From: the human T2T-CHM13v2.0 reference genome, Homo sapiens
DNA length: 64,000 bases
Direction: 5' to 3' (one strand)
Assembly: GCF_009914755.1 (NCBI RefSeq)
Contig: NC_060931.1
The notes under the pieces were generated by a model, which saw only the letters and a list, made by a program, of their open reading frames with translations, searched no databases and had not been told where the DNA came from. Shown here piece by piece: positions 43,148 through 58,009 of this stretch (position 1 is the stretch's first letter; every line of letters starts with the position of its first letter). A program made the translations under genes and the position numbers.

Positions 43148-43819
43148 AAATGTACACTTTGGCTGTGTTAAGGATTATTTCTCCCACCCTTTATAGTAAA
43201 AACAACTCAGTACCAAATAAATAAATAAAGACTAATCTGCACTTCTGTGGTTTAGCTTTTTAAATACTCCATGTGTGCTTTACATATACACTTACTATAA
43301 AATTCCTATTGTTATCATATGTTTAGTAATATTTTAATAAACAGTGACCAACTTAGGATTTTGGTAAAACTAAAATCTTTTTTTTTTTTTTTTTTGGAAA
43401 ATCTGGAGCCTTCTAGAGAAGTTTTAATGAAAATAGTGCAGAGAGAAAACATGCTTAGCAACATGATCTTAGAGACCTGAGATTGCCATTTGTACATTAT
43501 GGGTTTTCAGGACACAGAGAGAAAACCATGTTGTGTTGGGATAACTGAAGGAACTACCCTACACCCGTTCTTCTCCAGGGCCCTTCTGGGAGCCAGTTTT
43601 ATGGTGAATTTATTGGATGTTACTTCTCAGAGTGTATCAGAGATTCTTCACATTCATGGACTTTAATCTTCCCCTTGTCAGCTGCAGCCACAGTTCTATT
43701 TCTTTGCTCTCTGAATTCTCAGTGGTCTTAATAGTTCTAAAAAGTGAAAGCTTGTGTTCATTTAGTCAGTAATCACAGTTGGTGAACAGTAATTATAGCT
43801 GTAGTTTTTCTAAAAGGTA

Positions 43820-44305
43820 CAACCAAGAGTTCTTAATCTGGAGTCTGTGTATTCAGATGTGGGGGGAGGGGAATATTTATTAAGCTCAAACTGAAAATGA
43901 GAATTTCTTCCAACTATAAAAGTAGGCTCTAAACCACAGAGCCATGGAGTACTACATTGTATTAGTATATACCTGTGACTGTCACACTAGAAACCTCTAC
44001 TGATTTTTAAAATTTCCTCACATGGTATAGTTGTCTTGAAATATTATACATGCTAATTAGCATACTGAAATTATAGTAGTTATTTAATATATTAACAAAT
44101 AATTTGCATATTATTATATAAGAAAACTTTCTTTTAAGACTCTGATAGCTGTATTTAAATTGCTTTTCAATTACAATTTAAATTAACTATTTTGTTGCTT
44201 TTGTAAACCTATTTTATGCATTTCTAAGCATTATTCCGAGGACTCCATAGGCCTCACCAGACTGCCAAAGAGGTTTATGGCACAGAAAAATTTAAGAACT
44301 TTTGC
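43820..44305. mobile_element. hAT-Charlie fossil (MER113-like)
   Basis: agagttcttaatct / atttaagaact termini; ccataggcctcaccagactgccaaag motif. Confidence 0.5.
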
Positions 44306-47023
44306 CTTAGTTCTTAGAAAGACAACTAAGATCTGAGGGCAGTAAATCATTTACTCCTTTAGAAGACTGGGTTATTTAGCACATTTCCTTTTAAGGGCAT
44401 AGGTAAATGACAATAAGTAATGTTTCCATTTTCCAAAATGATCCAAGCTTTTTTTTTTTAAATTACTTTACATTTTATTTGTATTATATGTAACAACTCT
44501 TTTGTTATCACATTGAACAAAACTTATTAGCTTTTCTGCCAAAGGGTGCACTAGGTTATAATCATCAATCATTGGCAACTCTCAATTTTGGTTTTGCATG
44601 TGTGAAAATCTTTACTCTGCCTTTCTCATATATTGACCTACTGTATTTGATTTGTCACTGGAAATGAAAAGAAGCATGCTACCCTCAGAATGTTAGTGCT
44701 AGAAGGCACAAAGTCATTTTGTAAGACAAGAGAGGCAATAGAGGAAGGAAGGTCATGTAGAAAGAGTGTCATGGAATTTCCTTTACGGAAATGAAAGTGC
44801 TCCGTATTTCTATCGCTGTGCTTTTCATAATGGCAAATGATTCTGCTGATGGAATGGCTTTCTGAGTGTATAGGTGTGGCTGGATTAACTCTGATATGTC
44901 ATGTAATTGCACTCCTCTGATGTTCAAGGCAAGCAGAGCTGATTATTTTTGCCTCTCTTTAGGGCTAATGGCTGCAGAATGCTCTTTCTTTTCTGAACTG
45001 GTTTTTAAAAACTACCAGTAACAAAATCTATGTACATATTTACATATGAATGTTTGAGTAGCAGAATCATGTTCATTCAACAACATTTGTTAAGTGCTGA
45101 CTATCTGCTAGGGCTGTGCTGTGGACTTGGTTTACAAGCTAACACCATCAGCCTTCTCAATAGACCCCTTTTGTAACTTTACAGAGAGGCTGGAAGACAT
45201 CGTGCTGTCAACTATGTTCTTCTCCAAATCAGATTTTTCTCCTCAGGATCACTTTCCTCCTCAGATCCCGTTCCAGAATCCTGTTTCTACCAATTTTACT
45301 CTCTTTTAAGCATTTTCAAATTTTGGGTTCACTGGTACTTTCTCCTGAAACCCCCTGTTGCCACAATCAGATCTCCAATATCAAAAAAAGGAAGAAGAAA
45401 AAAGCAAAAAATCTCATGGTCAGTCCTCTCTTTTCTGCTTTTCTTCTTTTAATTTACCTGAAAGACTTCTCCTTTCTAATCTGATATTCTCTCTCATCAA
45501 GCTACTGAAAATGCTCGGTCATTTTTCAATTGTGAATTTTGGTGACTATTCTCAAACTTAATTTTCTGACCTCTCTGAGGTGCTTAAAACAGTGACCACA
45601 CTCTCCGTATAACTCCTTAACATCACCAGTGTGTACTGTCCTGATCTCCTCTGCTTTTTGTGTGGGTTTTTAGTCGTATTTCCCCCATCTATTTATTCCT
45701 AAACGTGGACCCTCCTCAAGGGTTTGTATTTGTCTTTCTTTTCCTCTCTTGGTACAGACTTAAGCTCATGTCAACTGTCAGCCCATTGAACAAATCCCAT
45801 ATCTGTACTTCCAGTGTTCTTTCCTCCTGGGCTGATAGACATTTTCACCAAGGCTAGGCAGATGCCTCCTTATTTATACCAGTCCTCCTCCTAATTTCAG
45901 GTTTTAGTTACTGGTCTTATCATGCTTCTAGTCATCAGGCCCCAGACTTGGGATAGTTATCTTTGACTCTTTCTCCCACTATCTCACATAATTGTTCACT
46001 GAGTTTATCCAGTCTACCTTCTCAGCATTTTCCATTCTGTTTTCTCTTTCTAATTGTGCAGCCTTTCCTTTGTCAAGCCTCATTCTCATTCCTGATTCCT
46101 CTTATCTGTCCTCTCCCTGTTCCCTCCCAATCCCATTCTATCCTGTACACTACTCCCTGGTTTATTTTCCAAACGCACTGTTAAGACTAGTCTGGAAAAA
46201 CAAACAACAAACAAACAAACAAACAAAACTGCCAACAAATCTACTGTTCCTGTACCAAACACACGCATACCTCATTTGAAACCCAGGCCTTGAAACTACT
46301 CTCTTTCCTCCAGTGGAGCAGAATGGGGAGGAGTTTTGAGGGTTTGCAGCTATCGACAACAGCAACAGGTATAGAAAATAACCTCCTCTACCTTCCTCCC
46401 TTCCTCTTTCACTTTTTTTCCCCTTTTGGCCACTGTATCCTAGTGAATGGGCTAATATTAACTGGTCCTATACAGATTCTAAAATATTAGTATTTAAGAC
46501 CCTGGCTTTAACTATGTGAAACCAACTAAAGCTAGATGAAAGGAAATGAGACACAGTGCTAAGAATGTAGTTACATATCAAAGGATGGGAACAGGGACTG
46601 CAAAGTCATTGAGTACTCTTCTTGTGTTTGCTCCTTGATTTTCTTGTGTTTCTGCTTCACCCTTCTCTCTGTGGACTCTTTCTCTAACATTTGTTCTTAG
46701 GGTGCAATGTAGCCATTCATAGCTCCTAAATTCACAAGCTTTATTTCCTGGCATATGGAGAGACAAACTCTCCATATCTCAGTACCAATTCCCAAAGTCT
46801 TCCTTTAGAAAATCTGATTTTTTTCTTTTATCTTGGTTCAGTGTATACTTGAGGCCCAATTACCAGAGGCCTGAGTGGAGATGTTATGTGGTACAACATG
46901 GCTGCCCAGGCTGGGCATCCCTGAAAGATGAGGGGGAGGGTGATTTTCAGTGAAAGGAGAGGAGGCTAGTAGTTTGTGAGTTGAGAGGAGTTTCCAAAAT
47001 AGGTTCATTCAAAACTGGGGCTC

Positions 47024-47440
47024 TGATATGGTTTAGATCTGTGTCTCCACCCAAATCTCAAGTCGAAATGTAATCTTCAATGTTGGAAATGGGGCCTGGT
47101 GGGAGGTGATTGGATTATGGGGATGGTTTCTCATGGTATAACACCATCCCACCTTGGTGCTGTTGTCACATTTGTGAGTTCTCGTGAAATCTGGTTGTTT
47201 AAAAGTGTGTGGTACCTCTCCCACTCTCTCTTGCTCCTGCTCTGGCCCTGTAAGATGTATCTGCTTCCCCTTCGCCTTCTGCCATGATTGAAAGTTTCCT
47301 GATGCCTCCCCAGAGGTTGAGCAGAAGCCACTACGCATCCTGCACAACCTACAGAACTATGAGTCACTTAAACCTCTTTTCTTTATAAATTACCCAGTTT
47401 CAGGTATTTCTTTATAGCAATGTGAGAACAGATGAATACA
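47024..47440 (+). mobile_element. MSTA MaLR solo LTR, TSD ggctc/ggctt
   Basis: tgatatggtttagatctgtgtc...tttataaattacccagtttcaggtatttctttatagcaatgtgagaacagatgaataca. Confidence 0.9.
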
Positions 47441-49129
47441 GGCTTCATGGTGGGGTAACAGAGAAAAACTGACTCCCCTACTTACTAGCTATGTGGCTTG
47501 GGGCAAGTCACTAAACTTGACTAATACTTCACGTGATTACTGGAGGAATCAAATGAGATTATATTATGAAAATATACTATGTAAATGGAAGAGAACTATG
47601 CAATAGATGTTTATTGTTATTATTGACATACTTGGTCAGTCTGGTAAGATACCTCTAAGAACATGGGAATGAGGAAATTAAGAATTTTCTCTTTATAGAT
47701 AAATTGTAAAATTAGTCCTTGTGAAGGGCAGGAAGTCTTCTAGGCCAACAAGACTGACCTCCATTATTTTTGAATATTTTAACTTATCTAATAAGTGAAT
47801 GTACCAATCAGAAAGGGGATGAATCAGACTGAAATCTTGATTGATGATAGATTCAATCAATCATAACTCCAATACTACTTCCTTCAAGAACTCTCTGATT
47901 ATTTAACCAACAGTAGACTCTGTTTCAGAACTCCTGTGTAATTTGTTAAACTCCATGTCCAACTGTCATACTAAAAAAAATGTCATTAGCAGGCTTGTAT
48001 TGACAGAAAGACAAGACATAAATACCCTTTGAGTACATAAAATGCATTTTACTCGTAGTAAGAATGCAGTAGAAAACAATGTTTTGATAAATGATAGCAA
48101 GATCAGCGGCAGCATCTGAGACAAATATTCAAACTTCCTATGACTTTATCTAGCCAGGAGTTTCACAATTGTGAGCACAGATTACAAGTCCTTCTGAAGG
48201 TGTAACTTGTCCCCTTCCATGCCCAATGCTTATGTATAAGGCTAGAGAAGTCTTATACATTGTCTAGTCTGTATATGTGCTTGGTACTTTTTTGCTTGGT
48301 CCAGGTATACCTCTTCAACCTCAGCATTATTTGATGAAACAACACAATTGTGGCAGTACGTTCATTCATTACTCTGAGACTCTTGAGACTAATTCAGCTG
48401 ATCCAACCACATTCTTGAACTCAGGGCTGTAGAAGCAGAATAGGCATCAGTATCCCAGAATTATTTGGATTCACATTAAGAAACTCTTAAACCATCTAAA
48501 AGATTTTCCCCTAGAATTCTTAAAGCACTTTAACAAAAACATAGAGCCTTGTAATATTCATTGGTGTGCTATTTCCCTCATAGATTATAAATTTATGGAA
48601 AGAAGAGATTATACTTTATTTATTTTTAAATCTTCCATATGCCCAGCGTAAAGCCTTGTGTATAGCTATAAAAACAAAAATTATTAACAAATAAATCTTC
48701 ATTATTAATATCTAAAACATGGATACCTACGTAATCCTTTTGCCTTTCCTGTTTTCTAAAGACTCCTACTTGTTCTTTAAAAAACTTAGATCATTTATCA
48801 CCTTGTGTGTGACATCTTCCTGACATTCTGCAAGAAGCTAGTCATCAGTCTCTCCCACCGTATCCTCAATGGCACTTTAGACACAGCTTTACAAGGACTG
48901 TTTTAACTGTGTTGGAATAATATGTTCTCCACCAGACTGTGAATGTATCTAAGGCTTGGACCATGATTTATTCATTTTTGTGGTCCTTTCCAGTGGTGAC
49001 AAGTAGGGCATGGCATTGAGACTGTTCATCATAAGTGCTTATTTAAGGAATGAGTCCCTAGGTGCTCCCTTTCCCATGAGTGCGTGGTATTGTAATGGAA
49101 CCTACAGCGGTGTGATTAGTATGTCTTCT

Positions 49130-49360
49130 TATGTAGAAAAGCAACATAACAGTGGGTAAAAATATGGGCTCCAGAACTACATTAGCTGGGTTGAATTCTG
49201 GATCTGCTACTTACTAGCTGTGTGACTGGGGTAAGTTACTTAGCTTCTCTGTGCCTCAGTTTCTTTGACAGTAAAATGGAATATTAATATATCACAGAGT
49301 TGTACTAAATGAGATAATATTTTTAAGGTTCCCAGTAGATGTTGGCAATTATTATTAGAG
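49130..49360 (+). mobile_element. MIR SINE
   Basis: ctgggttgaattctggatctgctacttactagctgtgtgact...ctctgtgcctcagtttc. Confidence 0.8.
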
Positions 49361-51024
49361 AACTTTTCAGTACATGGCTACTGAATTCAGTAAATTGGGG
49401 AAAAAGTAAAGAATGGAATCAGGTATTTTGCCTCACTTTAAGAATGACTTTACTTATTTTTTCCTTCCATTAGTTTCCTCACATGTTTTTACCTTTCCCT
49501 TCCTCTTCTTACTTTTCTAATCCTGTTCTATTTCTTCCTCTTAAACTGAGTGGGAGGAGGTGGTAGTGATAATCAGTGTCAGAATTGGAAGTTGAAAAAG
49601 CAATCGTTCTTGGAAGTCACTAGATTAAGCAGAGTAGACTATAGTAATAATAAGAATTTGATATATAGGAGTCATTTGGAAAGGATTCCTGGATGTGGGC
49701 CTAAAAGGTTTCAGGAGGAGTATCCAAAAATTAAAGGAATATGAATTGGCCAAGAGATGAAATACATTTGATATATTTTACCCTTGTTGGCTATTTCATC
49801 ATTCTTTACTTAAAGCAAATAAAATGCCACTAACATTTTGGATAAGCTATACTTCCTTAGCTAAGGGAAACCAACTAAAGCTAGATGAAAGAATCCAGGG
49901 CTCCAAAGCTGAGATTCCCTTATTTATAAAAAGGTTTACACTTCGAGGTGTGCACTCATAAATCTTCTTCATCTTTTGATTTTTATGTTAATCCTAAAAT
50001 CTCTTTTGGCAAAATTTTAACTTCTTTATGTTGATTGTAATTTGATCATTGGTAGTTACATAAAATATGATGTAGGCAGGGCTGTTTGCATTGCTTTGTC
50101 CTTGAAATTCTAGGTATATTTGACTGTCTCTCTTTAACTACTTGTAGTACAGTCATTGTATACTATAGACCAGAACTACAGAATTCTTGATACTTTTTTT
50201 TTTTGCCATTTTTCTCTAGAAATTCATTTTTGTACTAGAAGAGGACAGTGCCAAAATATGCCCTCTTTAATGCCTTTAGCTTAACCAGGTTAGTTCATTA
50301 CAAAAACAGGTATTCACGTAGTTAGCCTAAATTTTAAGTGTGTTTCCTCATCCCTTAAGTAATACTGTGTTTCCTATATAATCAATCATTTGGGAAATCA
50401 AGAGGGCTGAGGTAGAATACAAGGGTGGCTATCATGCGATTATGTTTGGATGAGGTAGATTTCAAGTCTGGAATTAAGACTGATATGCTAAATGCATTAT
50501 TCAAGCACTGGGAAAAAAGCCTAAAGTTAAAAAAAAATTAAAGTAAATCTTATATGAAGTAACTTTGTGCTTAGTAAGTAGAGTGTTTGCTTTGGGGAAT
50601 AAGATGAACATGAGAGAGAAGCATATATACTATGGTAATTGGAAGCTGCAACAAAACTATCCACACATGACTGGAAATGGATTCTGATGACACATTAGCC
50701 TCAAAGGTGAAGCTTGAGTGGCTTCTAAGGCCATCAAAACTCAAGGATACGGGAGCATACTTATTTACAGTGTTCTTTTATTAAAGATGCTGAAGGGATG
50801 GCTCACAAGGTCAATGTGAGACACATTTTAAATGAACTGCTCTCCTGGTTTTCTTCAAGGTCCTGCTTACAAAATATGCCTCATTTAACAGAGGCACCCA
50901 AATCAAATGTCCTTGTTTTCTTTAGTTTTTTCAGAATATCCAAGCAGAAATTGTTGAGCAAATCTTTCATTTTCATATTTTCTGGAATAGTGTATTTATT
51001 TAATTATTTTAAGGGATATATTGT

Positions 51025-51230
51025 TTCTTTTAACTTTTATTTTAGGTTCAGGGGTACATGTTCAGGTTTGTTATATAGGTAAACTTGTGTCATGGGTGTT
51101 TGATGTACAGATTATTTTGCCACCCAGGTATTAATATTAAGCATATTACCCAATAGGTATATTTTTTTCTGATCCTCTACTTCCTTCCACCCTCCACCCT
51201 CAAGTAGGCCCCAGTATCTGCTGTTCCCCT
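51025..51230 (-). mobile_element. L1PA13-16-like 3' end fragment
   Basis: aacttttattttaggttcaggggtacatg...caggtttgttatataggtaaac. Confidence 0.8.
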
Positions 51231-52380
51231 AAAAGATATTTTAAAATTACTTTTAACTACCCAATTTGAGTATATTGGTAGATTTTTGCCACAAAATTTA
51301 ATATGTCAACTCTGGAATTAGTAAAAATATCAGTCTGTTTATGGATACATGTTCATTATGGAGAACTTTACCAGTGGTAAGGTGATGGGGCATATGGAAA
51401 CTTTCATTGAGTAAGAGATTGAGAGGGTATTTCTGTTTTCTCTGGTTATTCCCTGTGACCACAAAAATCAGGAAGTGGTGATGAATAACAGATTCAAAGA
51501 TCTAAATAACTAACTAAATTTTACTTAACAAACTATAAAATATGGTACTTGCTTATGAACCAAAAGTTCAGATGAAGAATGAGAAGGTATGAATTTAAAA
51601 GAACTTCTATTTAATACCTTTTTAAAATTTGTTTTTAAATTGTGGCAAAATACACATAACAAATTTACCATTTTAATTGTTTTTAAGTGCACAGATGAAT
51701 GGCAGTAAGTTCACGCACATTGTTGTACAACCTTCACCACCATCCATCTCCAGAACTCTTATTTAATACTGTCTTTTGAGGTGAAAGTCCTACCCACCAA
51801 TTATGAAAATCAAAGAGTAGAGCTACCTTAAGGAATATAAGAAATGGGAATCATGACTAAAGGTAGAACTTACAGACATACATTTGGCATGAGTAGAAAA
51901 AGATGAACAGGCAGGTCCACCATATTTCAAGTGATTTCATGCTATAAGTACTATTTATATACAAATACACTTAATCTGGCCTGGCATCTGATGTCCGTAC
52001 AAAATGTCAACTCCTAAAACCTTGGAATATGTTTAATTGTCAAGGATTAAATCAGATGCTGTGCTGTGTGCTGCTTTGGCCACAAATTGGGTAAAAGGGC
52101 AGGGGTTGTTATTTCTGTTCTGGGGCTCGGCTCTTCTTAGCTCCCAGAGGTTTAATGACCCCTTCTTGCTATAACCTCATGTCTCCCATGTCCATAATAG
52201 GCAGAAGAACTTTAGGTCATAGAGAGGCCTTTACTTTCCCATGTTCTGCATGGTCAGAGAAGTGCTGAGAATGGTGAATAGTTGACACCAGGATTACAGA
52301 TCAGGGTAGTCTAATGAAGTTGGAAATATGCAAGAAGGTCTGGAAGAGTCTCTGTTTCCCTTCATACCAAGCCAGAGTTT

Positions 52381-53552
52381 TGATGGCAGTGGCTGCTGCC
52401 GTGATGCCCATGGGCTGCGGCAGGGAATCATGGATGGGGCTGCACACTCCATGGAGCCAGTGAGAGCCCTGCCCCTTCTGAATTGGGATGGGAGCTCCCC
52501 ATGCTTCTGCAGCCACCCAAACTGCAGCTGCAGACCCAGGCCTCCTGCTCTAGGGAGCAAGCAGTAGCTCCACCCAGGAGGGACTGCAGCTGAGGATCGA
52601 GCCTCCCTGTGCTCTTGTGGGAGTTGGGAACAGGCAGGATCTGCCTTCCCTGGTGCAGCTGCAGCTGCCTCACCTGTGGCTGCAGACCTGGGCCTCCCAC
52701 TCCAGGAAGCAGGCAGGAGTCTGGGACAAGCTCGGGAGCACTGCCCCTTCCAAGTTGGCTGGGCAGGAGCTCCTGGGTGCAGCTACAGCCTGCAGCCTGC
52801 ACCCTCGGGGACCCCAGGAAGGGCCCTCAACTTCTTGCAAGCTTGAGGGTGTCTGCTCCCACTGCCTGGCCTCTCTCCACTCCCCAGGCACCTGCTCCGA
52901 TCTTGGAGCGGGAGTCAGGGCCAATATCAGGGGCCATGAATGACAGCAGGAGGCAGGTTGATTCCTGGCTGGAAGGGGGCTGGTCCCTAGTAAGGCCCCA
53001 CCTTCAGGCTAGGGAGGGCCTGAAGGCTGGGAGCCAGGCTGCCAGTCCTGCAGACTAGAGTGGGGACTCCTGGTGCCTCTTCTGGGCCCACCTGTGGCCA
53101 CTCATGGACCAATCCGAGCACTTCCTCCCCTCTGAGGCCCATAAAAGCACTGGGCTCAGCCAGAGAAGGGCAGAGGATGGCCAGAGGATGAAGACAGCAG
53201 AAAAAGGACAGGACAGGATGACCAGGTGCAGAGAGGAGTGCCTTCTCTGCTGATAGCTAGAGAGGATGGGAGGACTAGCAGAGGCGACCTGCCTGCAGAG
53301 AGGAGCTACCCTCCAGGGCCACCTCTCTGCAGAGAGCTGAACACTCTACTGGACAATCTGTCTACAGAGAGGAGCTACCCATTCCTCTGAGCTGTTCCAA
53401 CACTAAATAAAACTGTCGTTCTTCACCCTTCACTTGTCTGTGTACTTCATTCTTCCTGGACACAGGACAAGAACTTGGGCAAAGGCACCATGGCCACACA
53501 GAGGTTTCCAGCTAGAAAAATCAACACTGGACACTCCAGAGATCCAGTAACA
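52381..53552 (+). mobile_element. MER52-type ERV1 solo LTR with 4-bp TSD GTTT
   Basis: TGATGGCAG...TAACA; GC-rich; CATAAAA and AATAAA present; TSD at 52377-52380 and 53553-53556. Confidence 0.85.
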
Positions 53553-54089
53553 GTTTGATGCTAGTACTACAGGGCAGAACTGAGCTTAAGATTGGCTGGA
53601 AATGAGAAGAGCAGATCTTTTCCCCCAAGTAATTGTCTCATTGTAAGAATTGGTTATATAGTATTTTCAAAATTGTAGGTCATGATGGTGAAATTAATAA
53701 TAGATTACTGCAAACATTTTAACAAACTGAAATAGAAGAGAGTAGAAAACATCATGAGTACTGCTTCATGAAACTTTCTTAGTTGTATGTATGTGTGGGT
53801 GTGGATATGGGTATTGTAAGTGGGTGTTTGTGTGCAATGGAACATTTATTTTTTACCAAGAGTCACTGAGAAAAAACTTTAAATCCACTGAGGTCAGGAA
53901 CCACTTGCTTCTAATTTTTACAGAGTCTAATTTCCCCAAGGTATTAACTAACATCTGGATGTAATTAAAGTATATCTGTATACTTTTTTCTCAGCATACT
54001 TCTGGTTACAAATAATTCTTGTTAACTCAAGCTAATAATAGAGCATGAGCCAGTATGTGGGAATGGTAATTCACTACTAAAAATAGCTA

Positions 54090-54315
54090 GTATTTACCAT
54101 ATTGCCCAGTTTTGTTCTAAGAGTATTATATGTATTGATCCTTACTACAATTCTTTGGGAGAGGAAACATTATCATCCCCATTTTACAGATGGAAAAATG
54201 GAGGGCTTGAGATCTTAATTATCCAAGTTGACATAACTGGTAAGTGGCCAGATGGGATTCCAACCCAAGCATCTGACTTCAGAGTTCATGACCTTGACCA
54301 CTACACTATGCCACC
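54090..54315 (-). mobile_element. MIR SINE
   Basis: attatcatccccattttacagatggaaaaatggagg... Confidence 0.75.
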
Positions 54316-54899
54316 TTTCACTATACTAAACAGAAGTATTTTGTAAACAAAAAAATTTTACATTTATAATATCACACTATAGACTTGAGTCTTTGGTAAC
54401 ATCTGGTTCAAGTGATTGAAATAATGTTATCACTGTCCTTTTCTGATAATTCCATTTTAGAAAATATTTGCCTTGTTCCTTAATCATCAGTGTGGTAAAA
54501 AGATGCAGTGTGACCACTGTCTAAAGTTAGGCTAGCTTATAGTTCATTTTCCTGTATGTGAAGAGAAACAGTATCCATGAACATTGAATAGTGTTTATTA
54601 AACAAGCTAATTTTTAGTTTGAAGTCTCATTTAGATGTTTTCTATTGGCAAGTCTCTGCATAATGGGGTCCAGAGAGTGACTATGCCATTCTTTCAACCA
54701 CAAAACAGGTAAGGGGTATTGCATGCCACTTTTCTGGCATTTTACTGTCTTAAGACTTAAAAAATCAAACAAAGTAGAGTTAGAATTTAACATGAACTAT
54801 TTGAAGCGATCTGCCTTAGATGGCTGAATTATTTTGAATAGTAAATGTTGTATCATTTACAAACAAGGCCTCATTATTATCCTCAGGACTTATTATTTC

Positions 54900-55795
54900 T
54901 TGTTGCTCCAGAAGACTTCCAACTGCCAATGTCTGCATCGGTGTGCCTGAGGTCTGTTCCTGAACCACTCTGGCTGCTCCTGTGCAGTTGGCCAGAATTT
55001 CTCAGGTGTTAACAATCTTGAAACAGTCCTTCAATCACTAATAAGACTCATATATAAATATCTCAGTTTCCTCATTCCTAGGATTAGATGGATTAATTCT
55101 GAAATATAATTTATAATTTCCCTGCCAGATTAAATTCCAATAACCCAGTATGGCAGGTGGTTTTGGTGAATTATAAACTAACCACAAATTCTCCTCTTGC
55201 CTGTCATGTGATATTGCAGATGCCCCATCAAAACATAGAGTCCATTTCCTCAACCTTGAATCCAGATGGACTTGCTTTGTTCATTGGGAGATTAGCAAAT
55301 ATGACCCAATCAGAGGCTTGAAAAGTGCTTGCATGTTGGGGCTAGTTTTCTGGAACCTGAGAATGCCCCCTAAAGGAGTCCAAGCTAGCCTGTTGGAGGA
55401 TGAGAGATGGAGACTGAGAGACCAGCTATTCCAACTAAAGCCACCTAGACCAACCATTAGACATGCACCTGGCCATTGAAGACAAGTAGACCTGGTAGAG
55501 TGTCCAGCTGAATGTAGATATCAGCTGAGACAGTCCAGGTAGGAAGAACCATCTGGATGACTCACAAAAGTGAGAGAGACTATACATGTTTGTTTTTAAA
55601 GTCAGTAAGTGATGGAGTGGTTTGTTATGCAGCAGAAACTAACCAACACATTTGCTTGCCAGCTTACTCCCCATTGGTTGCCTTCCTTTCCCTGTATCTC
55701 TTTCCTACTCTGCTACTGGAGTTTCCTGAACCTCCCAAATAAATGTTCACTTAAATCCTTGCCTCAGGATCTGTTTCTTGGGGGACCCAAGCTAA
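54900..55795 (+). mobile_element. LTR16-like ERVL LTR with a nested MLT1 (G/H-like, ~55150-55650)
   Basis: MLT1 end gtggtttgttatgcagcagaaactaac; LTR16 end ctcccaaataaa...ctcaggatctgtttcttgggggacccaagctaa. Confidence 0.55.
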
Positions 55796-58009
55796 ATAGT
55801 CTTTATTTTTTATACTCACTGAAGTCTTTTTCCTTAAGAATTCTCGGTAGAAATTGTGAGCTGTTAAGAGACACTGAACAAGAAATAGAGCAAAAACAGG
55901 CTTCCTCTTTGAACAATTCTGCAGTGGTCAGCTTTGACGAGCTCACAGGTTGGAATGTTCTCTCCTAGAATGTCATACTCTCTAATTCCCCTAAATCAGA
56001 GTGTAAAGTATGCCTTTTGTTCTTCTCCAGCACAATAGTAAAAATCCTTTATAAGCCATTAGATCTGGGAAAATTTGTCTTCCTAGGCTTAAGTGGAAGT
56101 GCAGATTTGATCACATTCCTATTTGCAATGAATGAGGAAAAGGTGGCTATTTCCATGGAGCTTCACTATGATTCCCTTCTTCTCTAACCAATTTATGTTC
56201 AGTGTGATTTGAATGAAAAAAGAGAAATTTAGAGAGAAATTTAAAGAGAAGTTTATAAGCTTAGCAGTGGTTTTATGAATCAATGAAACACAATTTCCTT
56301 TGGATTTTTTTCTAGGTAGCAAAAACAGAAAACAGAGTTATTGTAACTAGATTGCCAGAGAGCAGAAAATTTACCAGGTAAAGTTGCAAAGAAATACTAG
56401 TTGTTTTTGATATCATGGTGTGTGTGCGTGTGTGTGTGTGTGTATTGGGGAGCAGGAAAGCTTGGGATAGTGAGAAATAAAAGAGAGGAAGATACACTTA
56501 TAGGACAGATATATTCATTAACTTGCAGATATATTGATTTTATAAATCCTTTAATACAAGCAAAATAATTTTAAATGTGGTTATGTGAATCAAATTTTTC
56601 CAAATCTTTGTTTTTTTCACAAACTATGTGGTGATTATATGAACCTAATAATGTAACTCTTGAAATATTTATTACCATAAGTAAAAAATTAGTGTAGGGA
56701 TTAAAATTATCAATGCTTCTAAAACCTGTTCTGTTTATGCCACTTCACAAAGAGCACTATTTACCAGAGGTACAGTCTCCTGTTCTTGATTATTTATTCT
56801 ACCAGCATCTTTCTCTAGAGAACTTTCGCATTTGCTTGACGTACGACTTTGGGGACTATTAATATTACTTTGGCTTCCCATTGTAGCCCTCTGACACTGC
56901 TTCATTGTAAGAGTGGTTGTTATTTATTATCATTTCAAGGTGGCAAGATAGGACAATATCTCTAAGAAGTATCACACAAATTATTCTCTGTCATTGCAAT
57001 GAATAGTTGCTTTCTTTTCAATCTTCTGGGGCATACAAAGTACATTTTCTTTGGCATATAGTTTCAAAATATATAGTATTTTTATTAAAACGTAATATGC
57101 ATTCATTATAGCTGATTCTGGAGTAAAGGTATAACAGCAATAAAATAATCAAAACTATATGTATTTCAAATAGTTAAGGGCAACTTAATAACTAAATAAT
57201 CACTAAATTTCCTTCCAAAATTTTTAAAGTAAAAATGTACATTTATTTTAAACTTAACTGGCATTATACCATATTTAAAAGATAGAATACATTTTAAACT
57301 TAAAACTGGACTGTAATTACTTTTCAAACCTCTAAATATTTTAACATCATGTTAATGGTTTCATTGTATCTCCCTGCATGGATGTTCATGACTTGTTTTA
57401 CTCAGCCCCTATTACTAGACGTATATGTCATTTCCAAATTTTCATGATTATGATTACACACAATGCCGACATCCTTGTAATGAAATCTTTCTAGTCATCT
57501 ATTATTATTGTCTTAAATTCCCATAAATAAAATTACTACATCAAAAAGTACTACATTTTTGAGACTTTTGATATATTTTTCTCTTGAGGAGATCATACCT
57601 ATTTGCATTTTCAGGGCAGATGCTTCAATAGAGCTAGCAAGCCTGCCATCTTTCCCTCCTTCCCGAGTCTCGTCTCCCTCCCGCACCCCAGCCTGAGACT
57701 GCCCTTGCCAGAACTCATTACTCTGGTTGTAGCCATTAAAACCACCTGACTTTCTATCTTTCAGAGACTCTCCCTGTTCTTAAAGGCTCAAGGTGCTCAC
57801 TACCTGGTCCTATGGCACATGCGTGCTAAAATGACATCAGAAGGAAGAGCTGCTCCCTTTGTGGGCTTTAGCCTACCACGACTCTTCTCCTGGGGGCTAT
57901 GCCTGCTGTTATTGTTCAACTTGAGGGACATGAGGGGTGAAAGAAAGTCATCCACAATCCTCAACACACACTCTTGATACTCTCCCTCCAAATGAAATAT
58001 CTAAGTGCT

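Noticed and set aside
52294-53058. Cluster of overlapping 70-149 aa ORFs on both strands
   Set aside because: They lie almost entirely in the GC-rich MER52 LTR bounded by a GTTT TSD. Low stop-codon density explains them, and there is no recognisable domain.
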